Positions 60,379-64,000 of a DNA stretch of 64,000 nt are shown piece after piece (the first letter of the stretch is position 1; the number at the start of each line of letters is the position of its first letter). Below the pieces are notes generated by a model. It searched no databases. It was not told the origin of the DNA and was given only the letters and a program-made list of their open reading frames with translations. Origin of the DNA: Lama glama (Eukaryota); NCBI GenBank assembly GCA_028534125.1, contig CM052817.1, positions 5,148,001-5,212,000 of the forward strand. The letters are read 5' to 3'. Position numbers and translations under genes: made by a program.

Positions 60379-60769
60379 ACATACAGTATTTTAAAATTTC
60401 AGTTTCCCAGGGTTCATTGCTAGTAGATAGAAAGACGGTATGCTGACATGAATTGATCTTGTAACCTGAAAACTTCGCAAAATTCACTGATTAGTTATAG
60501 CAGCTTTTCTGTAGATTCCACAGGATTTTCTGCATAGATGATCAAGTTGCCTGAAAATGGAGATGATTTAGCTACTTCCTTTCCGATGGTGGGATGGCTC
60601 CCACCCCTAGGTGGGATGGCCTCTGAGCCTCTTCTGTGCGCACCTGGGGAATATCAGAGCGACACTGGAAGGCAGGTTCCAAGCACAACCTTGGGTGGCA
60701 GCTGCCCAATGTTTTTGCTGAAAGTTGAAAGAGACATTTTATTAAATAGGTTAAGCAGCAATGTTTGCA

Positions 60770-61305
60770 TTATATGCAACAGGTGACTATGAACCGCTTT
60801 AATATAAAAAAAAAACAAACCTTTAAACAGCAATGCATTTTCTCTCCAAAGCCATGGGAAGACACAACCTCCACAGGCAGGGCAGCCAAGCTTGGGCCTG
60901 GGGGCTACTAGCAGGGGCCTGTGAGCTCCAGTGTTCCTTGTCTGTCCTCCCGTGTTCCTTGTCTGTCCTGCCTTCCTCCTGCCCTGGTGAAAGCTCCTGC
61001 AACAGACAGGAAACTCCACCTCTGACGCCTCCTGGGCTTTGCCTCTTAAAGCGGAGACCACAAGAAAGGACAGACCATCTCTCAGCTCAGGACATCCTGG
61101 TGGCAGCAGTTGATTGGCCAGGATTTGGTCATGGGTCACCTGTGGACCAATCAACAAGGAGCTGAGGGGAGGAGTCATGTAGGAAAATGGCTGCCTTGGA
61201 GACCACGTGTTGAGGGGAAAGAAGTACTTCCCCAAAGCAGAGGAGTGCTGCCCCAGGAGCTGGCATGGGCAGGAGTGGAGCCGATAAAACAGTGTGGCCA
61301 CAGTG
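60770..61305 (-). mobile_element. MLT1 (K/L-like) LTR, including a 21-bp-period duplication at 60931-60969
   Basis: tgattggccaggatttggtcatgggtcacctgtggaccaatca; aaaatggctgcc; gtgttccttgtctgtcct twice. Confidence 0.6.
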
Positions 61306-61834
61306 GCTGTACACCTCTGTACCGTAATCACTTAAAAATAATAGCCAATCATTTCTCTAATATTCACGACTTTGCCATCTGTCTTGCCAAGCCACTCTCA
61401 CAAGAACTCCCTGAAGTATTGTTTTCCTCATTTTCTCCCTGAAGAAATTGAGCAGCGGCGAGGCAACTTGTTCAAGTTTGCTGCCAGACTCAGTGCTCCC
61501 TGTCAAAAGCTCACAGCCACTCTGTAGTCAGACTGGGGTCCTTGCCATTCAGATGAGAATAATCAAGGCTTCTAAAGATTAAACAAGGTATCCAAGGCCA
61601 CAGCTATGAGGTGGTAAAGACAGGATTCCAACCCAGGTCATCCTGACCAAGACTAGTCTCTGTCCGTAATTCTGATCTGCTTTCTCTCTCTTTTTTTTTT
61701 TTTTTCATTTTTACCAATGAGGGAACTGAGGCCGGGGAGGTACCAGTCTTGTGAAGGTGATTGTCCCAACAGACAACTGAATGACCCCAAAGCGAACTGC
61801 CCTCCAGTTGCTAAGCTGTTCTAGAGATAGTGCC

Positions 61835-62660
61835 AAGCCCCTTGTTCAAAAACAGGGAGAAAGTGCCATTCATGGCTGGTACTGAAACAACAGGCTCTTC
61901 CCAGTTCTCCACAGTGTCTCTCGACATTTTATGAAAAAAATTAATTGTATATTATTAACATGACTTTTACCATTCATTTTCATAGTGTGCAATGCTGGTT
62001 TTAAATACAAATATATGAATATTTGATTCATGGGCAAAATCGCAGGAATTGCACATTCGTATCTCATAGCTCATGTGTATTTCATTCTTACCAGAAAAGT
62101 GGAAACAGCACAAAAGTAACTTAATTTTTTTTCCCCACTTCTTGACATACACACATTCTATCCCCACTCTCCACCTTCAGCTCACAGAAAGGAAAGGGAC
62201 CTGGGGGTTACCTAGCCTAGCCTTCCTTTCCCTCCAGTGCCGTCCTTTTCAGCATTAGTTGGCTAATGTAAGGAAGTAACATGAAAACGAAAGGATATCA
62301 TGGATCGTTTGTGTTTCTTAGAATGTTTTGTCTTCTTTCTGCGTTTGAATCAAGTGCTGTTCATCACGGGAAGTGTAGCTGCGCGGAGCTGTTAACGCTC
62401 CCCCTCACACAGTCTGTACACGTGACCATCTTACTTTTTACTTGCTTTGAGTCTCACTGACCCCTCGTACATTTGGGTCCATCCATCGGAATTCTGCTCT
62501 GCTGGAGCCTCAGGTCTGTGCAAACCCGGCCACAAAGAGCATCAGGAAATACCTCTATTGTACGTATGGCCACTGCTCATGTGCATGCTGTTGTTCCATC
62601 AGAAATCACTTACAAAACGCCAAGTTCAAAATAAATCAGAAGCTCATATCACCAGCCTTG
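61835..62660. mobile_element. MER115/Zaphod-like hAT-Tip100 DNA transposon fossil
   Basis: ccccttgttcaaaaacagggagaaagtgccatt; ttggctaatgtaaggaagtaaca; gtgtttcttagaa; tacttgctttgagtctcactga; tcacttacaaaac. Confidence 0.75.
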
Positions 62661-62689
62661 GTGACAGGCAGGCCTACTTGGGGTTCTTG

Positions 62690-63220
62690 TCTCTGTTCCA
62701 CCCCCCAAAAAACCTTCCCATGCCTCAGCCTCTCCAGACTCCAGTCGGGTCCCCAAACACACTGGGTGCAGTTAAACCTCCACACCTTTGCCTGGGCAAT
62801 TCCCTCTGCCTCTCCTCCCAGCCCTCTCCCTCATCTGACTGGTGATTTCGTCTGCCAACACTTGGATATGGTGCCACCACCTCCTGGGAGCCTTCCCTGA
62901 CTTTGTCAAGCAGAGGGACTCTTCCTTCCTCGGGTGCCTCCTTCCTCTTCCCTGCTGCTACCTGGGAGGCAGTTCTGTGCACTGAGGGGGGAAAATGCAG
63001 TCTGAAGAGGGGTTCAAACCTCCGCCTCCCACTTACTCACTAGAGGATTTTAGTCAGTGATTCACTTCCCCGCACCTCAACTTTCCCGTCTCTAAAATGA
63101 GGCTAATCTCGGTACTACAAAGGGTTGCGGCTCAGATGAAATAGGAGCACAACTGTGGGCGGCTCTTCTCCGCTCCAGCGCCCCCGCCCCAGCACACGGA
63201 GAGCATCTAGCCCGTTACTC
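62690..63220 (+). mobile_element. L2 fragment then a MIR
   Basis: cctttgcctgggcaattccctctgcc ... cacctcctgggagccttccctgac; gggttcaaacctccgcctcccacttactcact ... tctaaaatgagg. Confidence 0.7.
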
Positions 63221-64000
63221 ATCTGCACCCACTCCCTGGAATTTGGGTTCATCATTACAGTTCCCGGGCTTTGCCTGGGCTCTTCCCGACACAGTGGACG
63301 TGGACTCTCCCCATCTTCCTCCTGGGAATGGCATCGCAAGCATTGCAAGCCTGAGGCAGGAGAATTCCACACTCTTCCCTCAGCATGCCCGGACTTTCCC
63401 ACCCCCTTGGAGTCAACCCGCCTGCAGGATTCAAAGCAGATTCCAACCTCCTTCTTCGTTTTCCACCCGCCCCAGCTAGAATTCCCATCCTGCCCATCCC
63501 TCCGAGCCTCTGTCCGGGGCTCATTTGTGTTTATGCTCTGCATTTCTCTGTTTGTGTTCACTCTCCCCTCCCTCCCGCGCCTCCAGCCCACATTATCCCC
63601 GCTCCTCAACCCAGCTCTCCAGCCCCTACTCGCTCAGCTCCCTTAGGGTAAGCGCCAGTTTCCTTTCACAAATCTTAAAGGAAAAAAAAAAAGTCAACCA
63701 CAAATGCCAGAAGCTTCCATGAAGCCCAGACACCACACCGTAATCATCTGGGGCTCCTCTACGTAATCACCGGGCCTGCCAAGTCTCTGGTTTAAAGGGG
63801 AAAAAAATACTATGTAAATACACATATCAGACTATTAGGAATTTTCAGCGTAGATCCCAAATTATTTGCAGCCCTGGAAAGAGGCAGACAATCCTGGGTT
63901 GGCATCCTTCCTCTGTCATTTCCTGGCAAGCTACACCCCACCCCCAGCCTCCATGATCTCATCTGTGAAATGGGTGTATTGAAGGAGTTTTGCAAGGGCC

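Larger units (their letters stand above)
58270..60590 (-). mobile_element. Old L1 (L1MB/MC-like) 3'UTR and degenerate ORF2, with SINE and MER58 insertions
   Basis: cattcacctgttgatggacatttaggttgttt; tgttttcttctagaagttt; attttagaatcagcttgtc; attgacatcttaacagtattgag. Confidence 0.9.

Noticed and set aside
60654..61331. 225-aa ORF on the minus strand
   Set aside because: Lies mostly within a decayed MLT1-like LTR; no gag/pol/env motifs
1..64000. CRISPR array, operon or other prokaryote/virus-type system
   Set aside because: No regularly spaced repeat-spacer units or dense coding; all recognisable content is eutherian repeats and non-coding DNA

Overview
Mammalian non-coding DNA, most likely a camelid (camel/alpaca/llama). 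The lineage call rests on two young tRNA-derived SINEs and several cetartiodactyl-type L1 3' ends, recognised from memory of consensus sequences. I find no credible protein-coding gene, RNA gene or CRISPR array; every long ORF sits on an N-gap, a simple repeat, a transposon or GC-rich DNA and resembles no protein I recognise. Bases 1-8.5 kb hold several CpG islands, and the first ~3.9 kb lack recognisable transposons. The rest is dense in ancient repeats (MIR, L2, L3, MLT1, hAT and Tigger elements, old L1). Scattered through the window are about a dozen short repeat-free blocks rich in homeodomain, HOX, TCF and SOX motifs. This layout suggests the regulatory gene desert flanking a developmental transcription-factor gene just outside the window (inference). 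Two 500-N gaps split the window into three contigs. The most unusual items are a decayed GAATTC-rich array with HSE/STAT-like motifs (33.6-34.1 kb), a local duplication of one MIR copy, a nested transposon stack and a 255-nt pure-purine tract. I cannot support a claim of a new biological system. Repeat subfamily names are from recall and most boundaries are approximate.
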